This document shows, in pieces, positions 30,478 through 39,058 of a stretch of 64,000 nucleotides of DNA (position 1 is the stretch's first letter; each line of letters opens with the position of its first letter). The translations under genes were made by a program, and so were the position numbers. Below the pieces are notes generated by a model. The model was not told the DNA's origin, ran no database searches, and was given only the letters and a program-made list of their open reading frames with translations. The stretch is from Candidatus Krumholzibacteriota bacterium (GTDB lineage: Bacteria; Krumholzibacteriota; Krumholzibacteriia; Krumholzibacteriales; Krumholzibacteriaceae), in contig JAFGEZ010000022.1 in NCBI GenBank assembly GCA_016931295.1, positions 22,828 through 86,827 of the forward strand, written 5' to 3'.

Positions 30478-31731
30478 CTATCTCTCGATCTCGGGCGGAC
30501 AGGTCTGCAGCGAGGCCATCAGCCCCGCCACGTCCGCCACGCTGACGCCGACGGCCAGCTCCTCGAGGAGGGCCATCGCGTGCGTGTAGCTCGCGCCGCG
30601 CACGCAGACCCGCCGGGGGTATGCCGTGCCGTCGGCGACCAGGTAGTATCCGTATTCCCCGCGCCCGCTCTCGGCGCGGACGTAGGTCTCGCCCGCGGGG
30701 ATCCGCCAGTGCAGCGGGTTGGGCAGGCGCTCGCGCACCGGGCCGCGCGGCATCCGCGCGAGGATCTCGCGGACGAGGCGGACGGCGAGGAGGATCTCCT
30801 CCTTGCGCAGGAGCGACCGTTCGTAGACGTCCGACCGCGTTCCGACGATCGGCTCGAATGCGAGCTCGTCGTAGACGAGGTAGGGGGCGTCGCGCCGGAC
30901 GTCCCGGCGGACGCCGGCGGCGCGGGCGGTCGTCCCCGTGACGCCGAAGAACTCGATCCATTCCGGGGGGATCCGGCCGAGACCGCGCGCGCGGGCCTTG
31001 AAGACGGCGTTGGCGAACATCACGCGCTCGATGTCGCCGACGAGCGTCTCGATCTTCCCCAGGACGTCCTCGATCCGGCCGGCGAATCCCTCGGGGAGGT
31101 CGTCGCGGACGCCGCCGGGGATGATGTACATGTGGTAGATGCGGTGGCCGCTCAGCTCCTCGAAGAGGTCGAGGACGAAATCGCGGTGGGCGACGGCCCA
31201 CTGCCCGACCGTGCCGAGGCCGAAGGCCCCCGCCTGGCCGCCGAGCCCCATCGTGAGCGAGGCGATCCGTGTGAGCTCGAGGGTGAGGGCCCGGATCCAG
31301 CGGGCGCGCTCGGGGATCGCGATCCCGGCCAGCTCCTCGGTCGCCGCGGCGAAGAGGTACTCGTTGAAATCGGGCTCCGGCACGCAGATGCGGCAGACGA
31401 TCGGGAAGCACTGGATGAAGCGCCGCCGCTCCATCAGCTTCTCGAAGCCCCGGTGCAGGTAGCCGACGTGCGTGCGGCAGTCCACGACGACGTCCCCCTC
31501 GAGCGTCAGCTCGAGGGCCATGTTGCCCGTGCTCCCCGGGTGCTGCGGCCCCTGCCAGATCTTCAGGTAGCGGCCGCTGTCGAGGTCGAGCGCCGGGCGC
31601 TCTCCCCGGACGGGAGGCCACGGATCGGGGGGGCGGGAAACGGCTGCCCTCGGCGGCGCGCCCGGATCGGGCGCCGGCCCCGGGCTATTCGCCGCGCGTC
31701 CGGTTTTCCCTGGCGACTCGTCGTATCTCAT
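30478..31731 (-). CDS. NuoD / [NiFe]-hydrogenase-large-subunit-like catalytic subunit lacking a complete NiFe Cys set (MbxL/Ehr-like)
   Basis: Track ORF of 417 aa. Contains GPQHPGSTGNMALELTLEG. N-terminal CxxC is retained (VCRIC, codons at 31395-31384). The C-terminus is QTCPPEIER (30501-30481) instead of DPCxxCxxR. The start overlaps the NuoC-like gene by 47 nt, and there is no alternative start in frame. Confidence 0.85.
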   Translation of the reverse strand: MRYDESPGKTGRAANSPGPAPDPGAPPRAAVSRPPDPWPPVRGERPALDLDSGRYLKIWQGPQHPGSTGNMALELTLEGDVVVDCRTHVGYLHRGFEKLMERRRFIQCFPIVCRICVPEPDFNEYLFAAATEELAGIAIPERARWIRALTLELTRIASLTMGLGGQAGAFGLGTVGQWAVAHRDFVLDLFEELSGHRIYHMYIIPGGVRDDLPEGFAGRIEDVLGKIETLVGDIERVMFANAVFKARARGLGRIPPEWIEFFGVTGTTARAAGVRRDVRRDAPYLVYDELAFEPIVGTRSDVYERSLLRKEEILLAVRLVREILARMPRGPVRERLPNPLHWRIPAGETYVRAESGRGEYGYYLVADGTAYPRRVCVRGASYTHAMALLEELAVGVSVADVAGLMASLQTCPPEIER

Positions 31732-32269
31732 CCTTCACCTGCTCGTCCGCGGGGTAACGGGTGACGGCCGCGTGTGCGGCCGGATCGCGCGTCTCGCGCC
31801 CCTCCCGCGGGTAGAAAGTCTCCTCGCTGTATTTTCTCGTGTCGAAATCCCGCCGCATCGGCGGCGGGCCGTCCCATCCCTCGAGGATCATGGAGACGTC
31901 CACCTCCGGGCTGCCCGGGAAATCGATCCCGAACATCTCCCGCAACTCGCGCTGGTAGACCCGCGCCGCCGCCCAGAGATGGTGGATGCTCTCCATCGAC
32001 GCCCCCTCGCGGGGCACATCGACGTGGAGCCCGATGTCGGCCCGTTCCTCCGGGGCGCGGAGCAGGTAGAGGAGACGGAAGATCCCCTCCTCGATCCGGT
32101 CCACGGCGGTGAGAAGGACGAGGTGGCGATAGCCGGCCAGGTCGCGCAGCCACGTGACCGCGTCGACGAGACGGTCCGGCGGCACGATCGCGAAGGCGAG
32201 CCGGTCGCGTCGGCGGTCGACGCCGGTCGCGTCGAAGCGTTCCACGAGTGTGCGCAGCGTGTCTTCCAT
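31685..32269 (-). CDS. NuoC/30-kDa-subunit-like protein (MbxK-like)
   Basis: Last 194 aa of track ORF 31685..32752, starting at ATG 32269. Pattern LVLLTAVDRIEEGIFRLLYLLR...AARVYQRELREMFGIDFPG is typical of NuoC/HycE-N. Confidence 0.8.
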   Translation of the reverse strand: MEDTLRTLVERFDATGVDRRRDRLAFAIVPPDRLVDAVTWLRDLAGYRHLVLLTAVDRIEEGIFRLLYLLRAPEERADIGLHVDVPREGASMESIHHLWAAARVYQRELREMFGIDFPGSPEVDVSMILEGWDGPPPMRRDFDTRKYSEETFYPREGRETRDPAAHAAVTRYPADEQVKDEIRRVARENRTRGE

Positions 32270-32298
32270 CGTCGTCTCTCCGGGCGGGCCCGACGGGC

Positions 32299-32979
32299 CT
32301 ACCAGTTGTACTCCGGCATGTTCCAGTCCTTGATGATCCGCTTCTGGTTCGCCTTGTACCAGTCGAAGTTCTCGGCGTACCGGTTGGCCCCCTCGGCCCT
32401 GCCCTCGCGGATCAGCGTCTTGAGCCGGCCGAATCCCGCGATCAGCGACTCGGGGCGCGGCATGCACCCGGCCACGTAGACGTCCACGGGAAGGTAGTAG
32501 TCGAGCCGGTTGATCGTGTTGTAGGAGTCCCAGTACATCCCGCCGTTCACCGTGCAGGAGCCGAGACCCATGACGAACTTCGGGTTCTGCATCTGTTCGT
32601 ACGACCGGATGATCCGCTTCATCGTCTTGATCGACGCGTAGCCGCCGATGATGAAGAGCCCCGACTGGCGCGGCGTCGGCCGCGGCATGATCCCGTAGCG
32701 CGAGATGTCGTAGCGCGCCGTGAAGAGCGGCCGCAGCTCGATCGCCCCGCATCCCGTGCCGAAGGCGAGGATGAAGAGGGAGTTCGCCTGGGCCCAGTTG
32801 TAGAAGGCGCGCACGACGCGGTTGGCGGCCGGATCGACCGCCTGCGGCCTGGCGTCGCAGAAGAGCTCGGCCATCTCGTCGATCTCCCCGGCCGCCGATC
32901 CGCCGGCGGGCCGGTCGGCCGCGGCGCCGGCGGGGGTCGCCTCGCGCGGATCGATGATGCGCCGTTCGTCGTCGGTCAT
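32299..32979 (-). CDS. NuoB / hydrogenase-small-subunit-like [4Fe-4S] protein (MbxJ-like)
   Basis: Last 226 aa of track ORF 32299..33627, starting at ATG 32979. Motifs: FGTGCGAIEL, MGLGSCTVNGGMY, VAGCMPRPE. Confidence 0.85.
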   Translation of the reverse strand: MTDDERRIIDPREATPAGAAADRPAGGSAAGEIDEMAELFCDARPQAVDPAANRVVRAFYNWAQANSLFILAFGTGCGAIELRPLFTARYDISRYGIMPRPTPRQSGLFIIGGYASIKTMKRIIRSYEQMQNPKFVMGLGSCTVNGGMYWDSYNTINRLDYYLPVDVYVAGCMPRPESLIAGFGRLKTLIREGRAEGANRYAENFDWYKANQKRIIKDWNMPEYNW

Positions 32980-32990
32980 GGTCTCTCCGA

Positions 32991-33902
32991 TCAGAAGGTC
33001 TCGATCAGCACCGCGGCGATGCCGATCGCCGTCGGCACGCCGAGGAACCATCGCACCGATTGTTCCACCCGGTAGCGGGGAAAGACGACCCCCACGGCCA
33101 CCGGGAAGAGGAAGAGGACGAACACCTTCACGACGAGCGCGACGATCGACGTCGCGCCGCCGAAGAAGAGGTTCACGAAGAGCACGAGCTTCGCCGTGGC
33201 GAAGATCGAGCGGTTGGTCTGCAGGAGCGCCAGGTACGAGCTGTGGAACTCCGTCGGCGGGCCGATCGGGATCTCCTGCGGGGCGAGATGGATGTCGAAG
33301 GGCGACTGCATCATCATCCCGAGCAGCGAGAAGAGCCCCGCCGCCGTCGCCACCGGCGCGACGAAGAGGTTCCAGTGCAGCAGCCCGCCCTGCTGCGCGG
33401 CGACGATCTCCGTGATCGAGAGGCTGTGGTGCCGGGCGGCCAGCGCGATGATCGCGAATGCGAAGGGGACCTCCGATGCGGTCACCTGGGTGAGCCCGCG
33501 CATGACCCCCATGGCCGAGTAGGGGTGCCCGCTCTCGGCGGCGCCGAGCGCCATGCCGAGCATGCCGAAGAAGATGAAGTAGACGACGAGGATGAGGTCG
33601 CCCGTGAAGTGGAAGTTCCCCAGCCACGTCGAGCCGTGGACGGCGGGAATGAGCAGGTAGAGGCCCACGCCGCCGGTGATGCGGAAGACCGGTCCGAGAT
33701 AGAACATCACGCCGTGCGACACGGCGGTCCGCATCGAGATCGTCTTGACGATGTTGACGTAGGGCTGCCAGACCGGCGGCCCGATGCGGCCGTGGACGCG
33801 CGCGACGATGCGCCCGACGACCCCGAAGGTGAGAAGGCCGACGTTCATGATGAAGAAGAGCGAGACGATCGCCCGTCCGACGGCGGCGAGCCAGTACGTC
33901 AT
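32991..33902 (-). CDS. NuoH-like membrane subunit (MbxM-like)
   Basis: Last 303 aa of track ORF 32991..36965. ATG 33902 forms an ATGA overlap with the upstream stop. Multi-TM protein containing HGRIGPPVWQPYVNIVK, GVMRGLTQVTASEVPF and SPFDIHLAPQEI. Confidence 0.85.
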   Translation of the reverse strand: MTYWLAAVGRAIVSLFFIMNVGLLTFGVVGRIVARVHGRIGPPVWQPYVNIVKTISMRTAVSHGVMFYLGPVFRITGGVGLYLLIPAVHGSTWLGNFHFTGDLILVVYFIFFGMLGMALGAAESGHPYSAMGVMRGLTQVTASEVPFAFAIIALAARHHSLSITEIVAAQQGGLLHWNLFVAPVATAAGLFSLLGMMMQSPFDIHLAPQEIPIGPPTEFHSSYLALLQTNRSIFATAKLVLFVNLFFGGATSIVALVVKVFVLFLFPVAVGVVFPRYRVEQSVRWFLGVPTAIGIAAVLIETF

Positions 33903-36900
33903 CGCGCCACCCCCCGCGAGATGAGCCACAGGATCGCCCCCTGGAGGAGGATGAAGATCGCGTATGTCTGCGCGTTCCCCGTGTAGACCTGCCGGAGCGC
34001 GCCGCCGGCCGTCAGCGCCCACTCGGCGACGGATTCCCAGAACCGCCTGACGAGGGGCCTGAGGACGGGAGCCATCGCCCGCTCGTAGGGAGCGAAGAAG
34101 CGCCACGCGTAGTGGGTCGTCTCGGGGCGGTCGGGGCGCTCGGACGCGTAGACGATGTTGAACTGCCTGACCTTTTGCGGGCGGGGCAGGATCAGCATCA
34201 GGTAGACGAGGGAGAGGGCGAAGACGGTCATCACCATGATCATGAGGATCGTCGCGTTCCAGTGGCCGAGCGAGCTCGTCGCCGTCTGTCCGCTCCACGA
34301 GAGTGTCTCGGGGAAACGGCCGGCGACCGCCGCGGAGAGCGGGGAAAGGAGCGTCTTCGGGAAGAAGGAGACGAGCATGATCGCCGCGATCAGCAGGTAC
34401 TGCGGCACGAGCAGGGCGAGCGGGGCCCGCTTTACCGAGCGGAACCGCGGTTTCGGCTGGCCGAGGAAGATCGCGTGGATCAGGCGGAAGCAGTAGAGGA
34501 AGGCGATCGTGCTCGCCATGAAGGCCACGCCGGTCTGGAGGAGCCAGCCGCGCTCGATCAGCGCCTCGTAGAGGAGCCACTTCCCGCCGAAGCCGGTCAG
34601 GGGGGGCACGCCGGAGAGGGCGATGATCCCCAGGAGGACCGAGACGAACGAGAAGGGCATCCGCTTGATGAGGCCGCCCATCTCGTACATCAGGCGCGTC
34701 CCCGTCCGCCGGATGACGCCGGCGATCGCGAGGAAGAGCAGCGCCTTGAAGAGGAAGTGGTTGACCGTGTGATAGAGGGCGGCGACCCAGCCGAGGTGGC
34801 TCATCGCGGCGAGCCCGAGCACGATGTAGCCGACCTGGCCGACGCTCGACCAGGCGAGGAGCCGCTTGGCGTCCTCCTGGAAGACCGCGTAGAGGGTGGC
34901 GAAGAAGGCGGTCAGCGCCCCGATCCACCCGAGGATCGTCCACGGGTCGATCGGCCCGGCGCGCATCGATCCGGCCGTGGCGCCGAAGAGGACGAGCCCG
35001 GCGATCCCCGCCTTGGAGAGGAGCCCCGAGAAGAGGGGCGTCACGTCGTCCTCCGTCTCGGCGTAGGTTCCCGGGGCCCAGACGTGGACGCCGATCGCGG
35101 CGAGCTTGACGAGCATCCCCGCCGCCACGAGCCCGAAGGAACGCGTTCCGGCGGCGGCGACGGCGGCGAGGGAGGCGTCTCCCCCGGTCGACGCGAAGGC
35201 GATCGCGAAGCCGGCGAGGGCGAGGAAGGCCCCGCCGATCGAGAAGAGCGCGTAGGAGAGGGCCGCCTTCTCCGCCCGCCGCCCGCGGAGGACGAGCAGG
35301 TAGGAGGAGAGGGTCATCATCTCCCATGCGAAGAAGAACTGCAGCGTGTTTTGCGAGGCGGGAAGGAAGATCAAGGAGCCGAGCATCAGGACGACGAGCG
35401 GGAAGAGCCCCGCGTCGGCCGTGCGCCGCGAGAAAAGCGCGATCGAGAGGACGAGCCCGCCGCCCGCGAAGAAGGCGGCGAAGACGAGGGGCAGGCCGGT
35501 GAGCTGCGGGACGACGAGCGCGCCGATCCCCGCGACGGCGGCGATGGCGAGCGCGGCGCGCAGGCGGGCCGGCAGCCCGCCGAGCGCGGCGAGGAGGCCG
35601 GCGATGATCCACGGCAGGTGGAAGGCGCCCGGCCATGCGCGGATCGCCTCGCCCGCCGCGAAGACGGCCGGCGAAACCAGGCGCGCGAAGGGGCACCACG
35701 GGGCCGCGCCCCCGGGGAATGCCGCGATGAGCTGCCCGGCGCGCGGCGTGGCGCCGTGGGCGAAGATCGGGCCGAGCAGCAGGGCGATCGCGGCGAAGAG
35801 CCCGATCGGCGCCAGGCGGAGCGGGCCGCCGGCCGGCGCCGCCTCCGCGGGCTCCCGGCGCGCGGCCATCCCGAGCCACCTGAAGAGGTAGGCCGCCTCG
35901 AGCAGGGAACCGAGAAGGACGGTCCACATCCACCCGCGGCCCGTGCCGGCGAGCGCGGTGACGAGCGACCACTTGCCCCAGAAGCCGGCGAAGGGGGGCA
36001 TCCCGACGAGGGCGAGCACAAAGAGTCCGAAGAAGGCGAGCATCGCCGGGCGCCGCCCGAGGGCGCTCCAGCACTCGAGCCGGTCGCCGTCGACGAGGCC
36101 GGCGAGCCAGAAGAGCCCGGCCTTCGCGAGGAGGTGGTTCAGGAAGAGGGCGCCCGCGACGACCGCCGCCCCCGCGCCGAGCCGGGTGGCGAGGCCGGCG
36201 ACGAGAAGCAGCAGGCCCATCTGGCCGATCGAGGAATAGCCGAGCAGCCGGCGCGCGCCGCCCTGGCGGAGACCCATGAAACCGGAGACGACGAAGGTCG
36301 TTCCCCCCGCGATCGCGACGGTCAGCCGCCAGGCCTCCCCCGCCAGCGGCAGCGCTTTCCAGAGGGCGAAGAAAACCGCCCCCGATCCCGCGGCGGAGAT
36401 CAGCGCCGCCACGCCGGGGCGCGCCGACTCGTAGACGTCGAGCGCCCAGCCGTTGGCCGGAAACTGCTTCATCTCGACGACGAGCGCGAGCATGAGGAGG
36501 AAGATTGCCGGGCCGGCCGCCCCCCGGGCGATCATCCCGTCGAGGCCGAGCGTGCCGGTCTGCGCGTAGAGGAGGATCGTCCCGAGCAGGAAGGCGATCG
36601 AGGCGATGCTTCCCGCCACCGCGTACTTGAAGGCCGCCGCCGTCGCCCGCCGGGAACCGTCCGCGGCGACGAGGGCGTAGCTCGATATCGAGAGGATCTC
36701 GAGGAAGACGAAGAGGTTGAAGACGTCGCGCGTCATCACGATCCCCGACGCGCCGAGGACGAAGAGGAGCACGAGGGCCCGGTCGCGCGGCCCCTCCATC
36801 TCGCGGTGCATGTACACGCTCCCGGCGAGGGCGACGAGAGCGGCGCCGAAGACGAGCGCCGCCTCGACCGGTCCCATGGCGAGCTCGATCGAGAGGGGCG

Positions 36901-37102
36901 GGCGGGCTCCCGCGGTGAAGATCCGCGCCGCATCGCCGCCCGCGGCGACGAGGATGTACGTCCACTGCCCGGCGATCGCCGCGACGGCGAGGAGGGCGGC
37001 GTAGAAAAGCGCTGCGGACGCGGCTTTGCCGAGCCTCGCCGCGAGTGGCAGGAGGAAGGCCGCGCCGAGCGGCAGGGCGACGATGAGGATCGGGTTCACC
37101 AT
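33899..37102 (-). CDS. Fused double antiporter-like subunit (two MrpD/NuoM/NuoN-type modules in one 1067-aa ORF; MbxH+MbxH'-like)
   Basis: Start moved to ATG 37102. Module 1: FVFLEILSISSYALVA...GYSSIGQMGLLLL...FLNHLLAKAGLFWLAG. Module 2: FFFAWEMMTLSSYLLVL...LLSKAGIAGLV...AWSSVGQVGYIVLG...HTVNHFLFKALLFL. There is no stop between the two modules. Confidence 0.8.
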   Translation of the reverse strand: MVNPILIVALPLGAAFLLPLAARLGKAASAALFYAALLAVAAIAGQWTYILVAAGGDAARIFTAGARPPLSIELAMGPVEAALVFGAALVALAGSVYMHREMEGPRDRALVLLFVLGASGIVMTRDVFNLFVFLEILSISSYALVAADGSRRATAAAFKYAVAGSIASIAFLLGTILLYAQTGTLGLDGMIARGAAGPAIFLLMLALVVEMKQFPANGWALDVYESARPGVAALISAAGSGAVFFALWKALPLAGEAWRLTVAIAGGTTFVVSGFMGLRQGGARRLLGYSSIGQMGLLLLVAGLATRLGAGAAVVAGALFLNHLLAKAGLFWLAGLVDGDRLECWSALGRRPAMLAFFGLFVLALVGMPPFAGFWGKWSLVTALAGTGRGWMWTVLLGSLLEAAYLFRWLGMAARREPAEAAPAGGPLRLAPIGLFAAIALLLGPIFAHGATPRAGQLIAAFPGGAAPWCPFARLVSPAVFAAGEAIRAWPGAFHLPWIIAGLLAALGGLPARLRAALAIAAVAGIGALVVPQLTGLPLVFAAFFAGGGLVLSIALFSRRTADAGLFPLVVLMLGSLIFLPASQNTLQFFFAWEMMTLSSYLLVLRGRRAEKAALSYALFSIGGAFLALAGFAIAFASTGGDASLAAVAAAGTRSFGLVAAGMLVKLAAIGVHVWAPGTYAETEDDVTPLFSGLLSKAGIAGLVLFGATAGSMRAGPIDPWTILGWIGALTAFFATLYAVFQEDAKRLLAWSSVGQVGYIVLGLAAMSHLGWVAALYHTVNHFLFKALLFLAIAGVIRRTGTRLMYEMGGLIKRMPFSFVSVLLGIIALSGVPPLTGFGGKWLLYEALIERGWLLQTGVAFMASTIAFLYCFRLIHAIFLGQPKPRFRSVKRAPLALLVPQYLLIAAIMLVSFFPKTLLSPLSAAVAGRFPETLSWSGQTATSSLGHWNATILMIMVMTVFALSLVYLMLILPRPQKVRQFNIVYASERPDRPETTHYAWRFFAPYERAMAPVLRPLVRRFWESVAEWALTAGGALRQVYTGNAQTYAIFILLQGAILWLISRGVAR

Positions 37103-37449
37103 CTCGACTCCGTGTAATCGTCGACGTCGAGCGATCCGCCCCGGCGGTGGAGCCTGACGACGAGCGCGAGGATCAGCGCGTTCACCGCGACGCCGATGAC
37201 GATCGCCGTGAGGACGAGCGCCTGCGGCACCGGGTCGACGGCGGCCCCGGCGGCCGCCTCCGCCGAAAGCGCCGAGTCTATGATCGGCGCCGTGCCGCCC
37301 CGGACATAGCCGACGGCGATCATGACGATCTGAAGCCCCGTCTCGGCGACGGCGATCGCCAGCACCATCCGGATCATGTTCCGCCGCGTCATGAGCCCCC
37401 ACAGCCCCACGAGGATCAGCAGCGCGCCGATGACGAGGGCTCCGGTCAT
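37096..37449 (-). CDS. MrpC/MnhC / NuoK-like membrane subunit (MbxG-like)
   Basis: Track ORF of 117 aa. Three TM helices. Sequence LLILVGLWGLMTRRNMIRMVLAIAVAETGL...PQALVLTAIVIGVAV. Confidence 0.8.
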   Translation of the reverse strand: MTGALVIGALLILVGLWGLMTRRNMIRMVLAIAVAETGLQIVMIAVGYVRGGTAPIIDSALSAEAAAGAAVDPVPQALVLTAIVIGVAVNALILALVVRLHRRGGSLDVDDYTESRW

Positions 37450-38153
37450 TCGCCGCCTCCCCGCAACGAGTCGAGGATCCCGGCCAGCTCGGCGCCGACC
37501 TTGAGCCCGATGAGCGTGTAGATCACGGGGATGGCTCCCGCGCTGAGGATCGTCCCGAAGACGCCGGGCGGCAGGAACCGGTTGTCGAGAAAGCCCCCGG
37601 CGAGCAGGAGCCCGAGCAGGCCCGCCGCGACGTAGAGGGCGCCGGAAACCGACTCGACCGCCTCGAGTGCGCGATGCGCCGTCCGGTAACCGGGGTGAAC
37701 GAGGAAGAGGAGCAGCACGGCGGAGGCGACGACGGCCCCGCCCTGGAATCCCCCGCCGGGGGTGAGGTGCCCGTTCAGGAAGATGTAGACGCCGAACATC
37801 ACGATCGCCGGGACGAGGAAGGCGCTTCCCGTCTCGAGTATCTCGCTCGAGTCGCGCCGCGGGGCCTCCGGAGCCGCCGCGTTTTCCGCCGCGCCCTCCC
37901 GCCGCCGGAGCACGAGGGCGACGCCCGCCGCGGCGAGGAAGAGGACGGTCACCTCGCCCAGGGTGTCGAGCCCGCGCCAGGTGACGACGATGCCCGTCAC
38001 GACGTTCGCCGCGCCGAGCTCCCCCGGCGTGCGCTCGACGTAGTCGCGGCCGACGCCGCCGAGGGATCCAGGCGGGACCCGGCCGTCGACGATCCCCCAG
38101 AGCAGGAGGGCCGCCGCGGCGACGAGATGGAAGGCGATGATGCGCTTAATCAT
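37446..38153 (-). CDS. MrpB/MnhB-domain membrane subunit (MbxF-like)
   Basis: Track ORF of 235 aa. Contains ANVVTGIVVTWRGLDTLGEVTVLF (MnhB signature) and GGGFQGGAV. Confidence 0.8.
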   Translation of the reverse strand: MIKRIIAFHLVAAAALLLWGIVDGRVPPGSLGGVGRDYVERTPGELGAANVVTGIVVTWRGLDTLGEVTVLFLAAAGVALVLRRREGAAENAAAPEAPRRDSSEILETGSAFLVPAIVMFGVYIFLNGHLTPGGGFQGGAVVASAVLLLFLVHPGYRTAHRALEAVESVSGALYVAAGLLGLLLAGGFLDNRFLPPGVFGTILSAGAIPVIYTLIGLKVGAELAGILDSLRGGGE

Positions 38154-38397
38154 CGTCGGCCTCCCGGTCTCGCGTCCGCCGGAGGGCGTAGAGGAAGATC
38201 ACCGTCGAGAGGCCCGCGCCGATCGCCGCCTCGGTCATCGCCACGTCGGGCGCGGCGAGGACGAGATAGAGGACGCTCGCGAAGAGGCTCATGAGCCCGA
38301 CGGCGACGATCGCCGCGACGAGGCTGCGCAGGTGCATCGCCGCCAGCGCGGAGGCGACCATCACGATCCCGGAGACGACGACGAGGGCGGTGATCAC
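38146..38397 (-). CDS. Small membrane subunit, MrpA-C-terminal/DUF4040-like (MbxD-like)
   Basis: Last 83 aa of track ORF 38146..38619. GTG 38397 with GGGGAGG upstream, forming a GTGA overlap with the upstream stop. Contains APDVAMTEAAIGAGLSTV. Confidence 0.65.
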   Translation of the reverse strand: MITALVVVSGIVMVASALAAMHLRSLVAAIVAVGLMSLFASVLYLVLAAPDVAMTEAAIGAGLSTVIFLYALRRTRDREADDD

Positions 38398-38801
38398 GGC
38401 GCCTCCCCGTCGTTCAAGCCGGCGCCCGCGGCCGGGGCGTTCTCCGCGGCCTTGTGTCCCGCGACGCCCGCGGCGTCCTCGTCCTCGCGGAGGCGGTCGA
38501 CGACCGTGCCGGCGGCGAGGGGGATGCGCGCGGCGTGCGCGGCCCGCGCGAGGGCGTGCGAGGAGAGGGGATTGGTCATCAGGACGAACCCGGCGAGGAT
38601 GAGCGTCTGCGGGAGCCATTCGGGGCGGTAGATGCCGATGCCGACGAGCGTCATGATGCTGCCGAGCGTGGTCGCCTTCGTCCCCGCCTGCATCCGGTTG
38701 TAGATGTCCGGCATGCGGAGGACGCCGAGCGCGCCGAGAAAGAGGAAGAGCGACCCGGCGAGCGAGACGATCGATCCGGCGAGCTGCATCGCCGCCATCA
38801 C
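38394..38801 (-). CDS. MrpG/MnhG-like subunit (MbxC-like)
   Basis: Track ORF of 135 aa. Contains LGALGVLRMPDIYNRMQAGTKATTLG (MnhG signature). Confidence 0.8.
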   Translation of the reverse strand: MMAAMQLAGSIVSLAGSLFLFLGALGVLRMPDIYNRMQAGTKATTLGSIMTLVGIGIYRPEWLPQTLILAGFVLMTNPLSSHALARAAHAARIPLAAGTVVDRLREDEDAAGVAGHKAAENAPAAGAGLNDGEAP

Positions 38802-39058
38802 AGTCCCCCTTCCAGGTAGCGCGCGACCGCGACGACCCCGATGAAGCTGAGGATGCCGTAGACCATGGCGACGTCGAGGTAGATGCCCCGTCCCGCCTCG
38901 AGCGCCACGAGGGCGATCAGGGAGATCGAGATCACCGTGAGGGTGTCGAGCGCGACGGTGCGGTCGGCCGGGCTCGGGCCGAGCAGGAAGCGCGCCGCGG
39001 CGAGCAGGACGCCGGCGAGCGCGACGGCGCCAGCGATATGCATCAGCAGCTCAGCCAA
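38798..39058 (-). CDS. MrpF/MnhF-like subunit (MbxB-like)
   Basis: Track ORF of 86 aa. Contains LLGPSPADRTVALDTLTVISISLIAL...LDVAMVYGILSFIGVVAVARYLE. Confidence 0.8.
   Translation of the reverse strand: MAELLMHIAGAVALAGVLLAAARFLLGPSPADRTVALDTLTVISISLIALVALEAGRGIYLDVAMVYGILSFIGVVAVARYLEGGL

Noticed and set aside
30478-31731. Calling the NuoD-like gene a group-4 [NiFe]-hydrogenase large subunit, which would make the operon an MBH/Ech-type hydrogenase.
   Set aside because: The C-terminal DPCxxCxxR motif is replaced by QTCPPEIER (one Cys only). No hyp or endopeptidase genes are nearby, and the gene order matches mbx rather than mbh.
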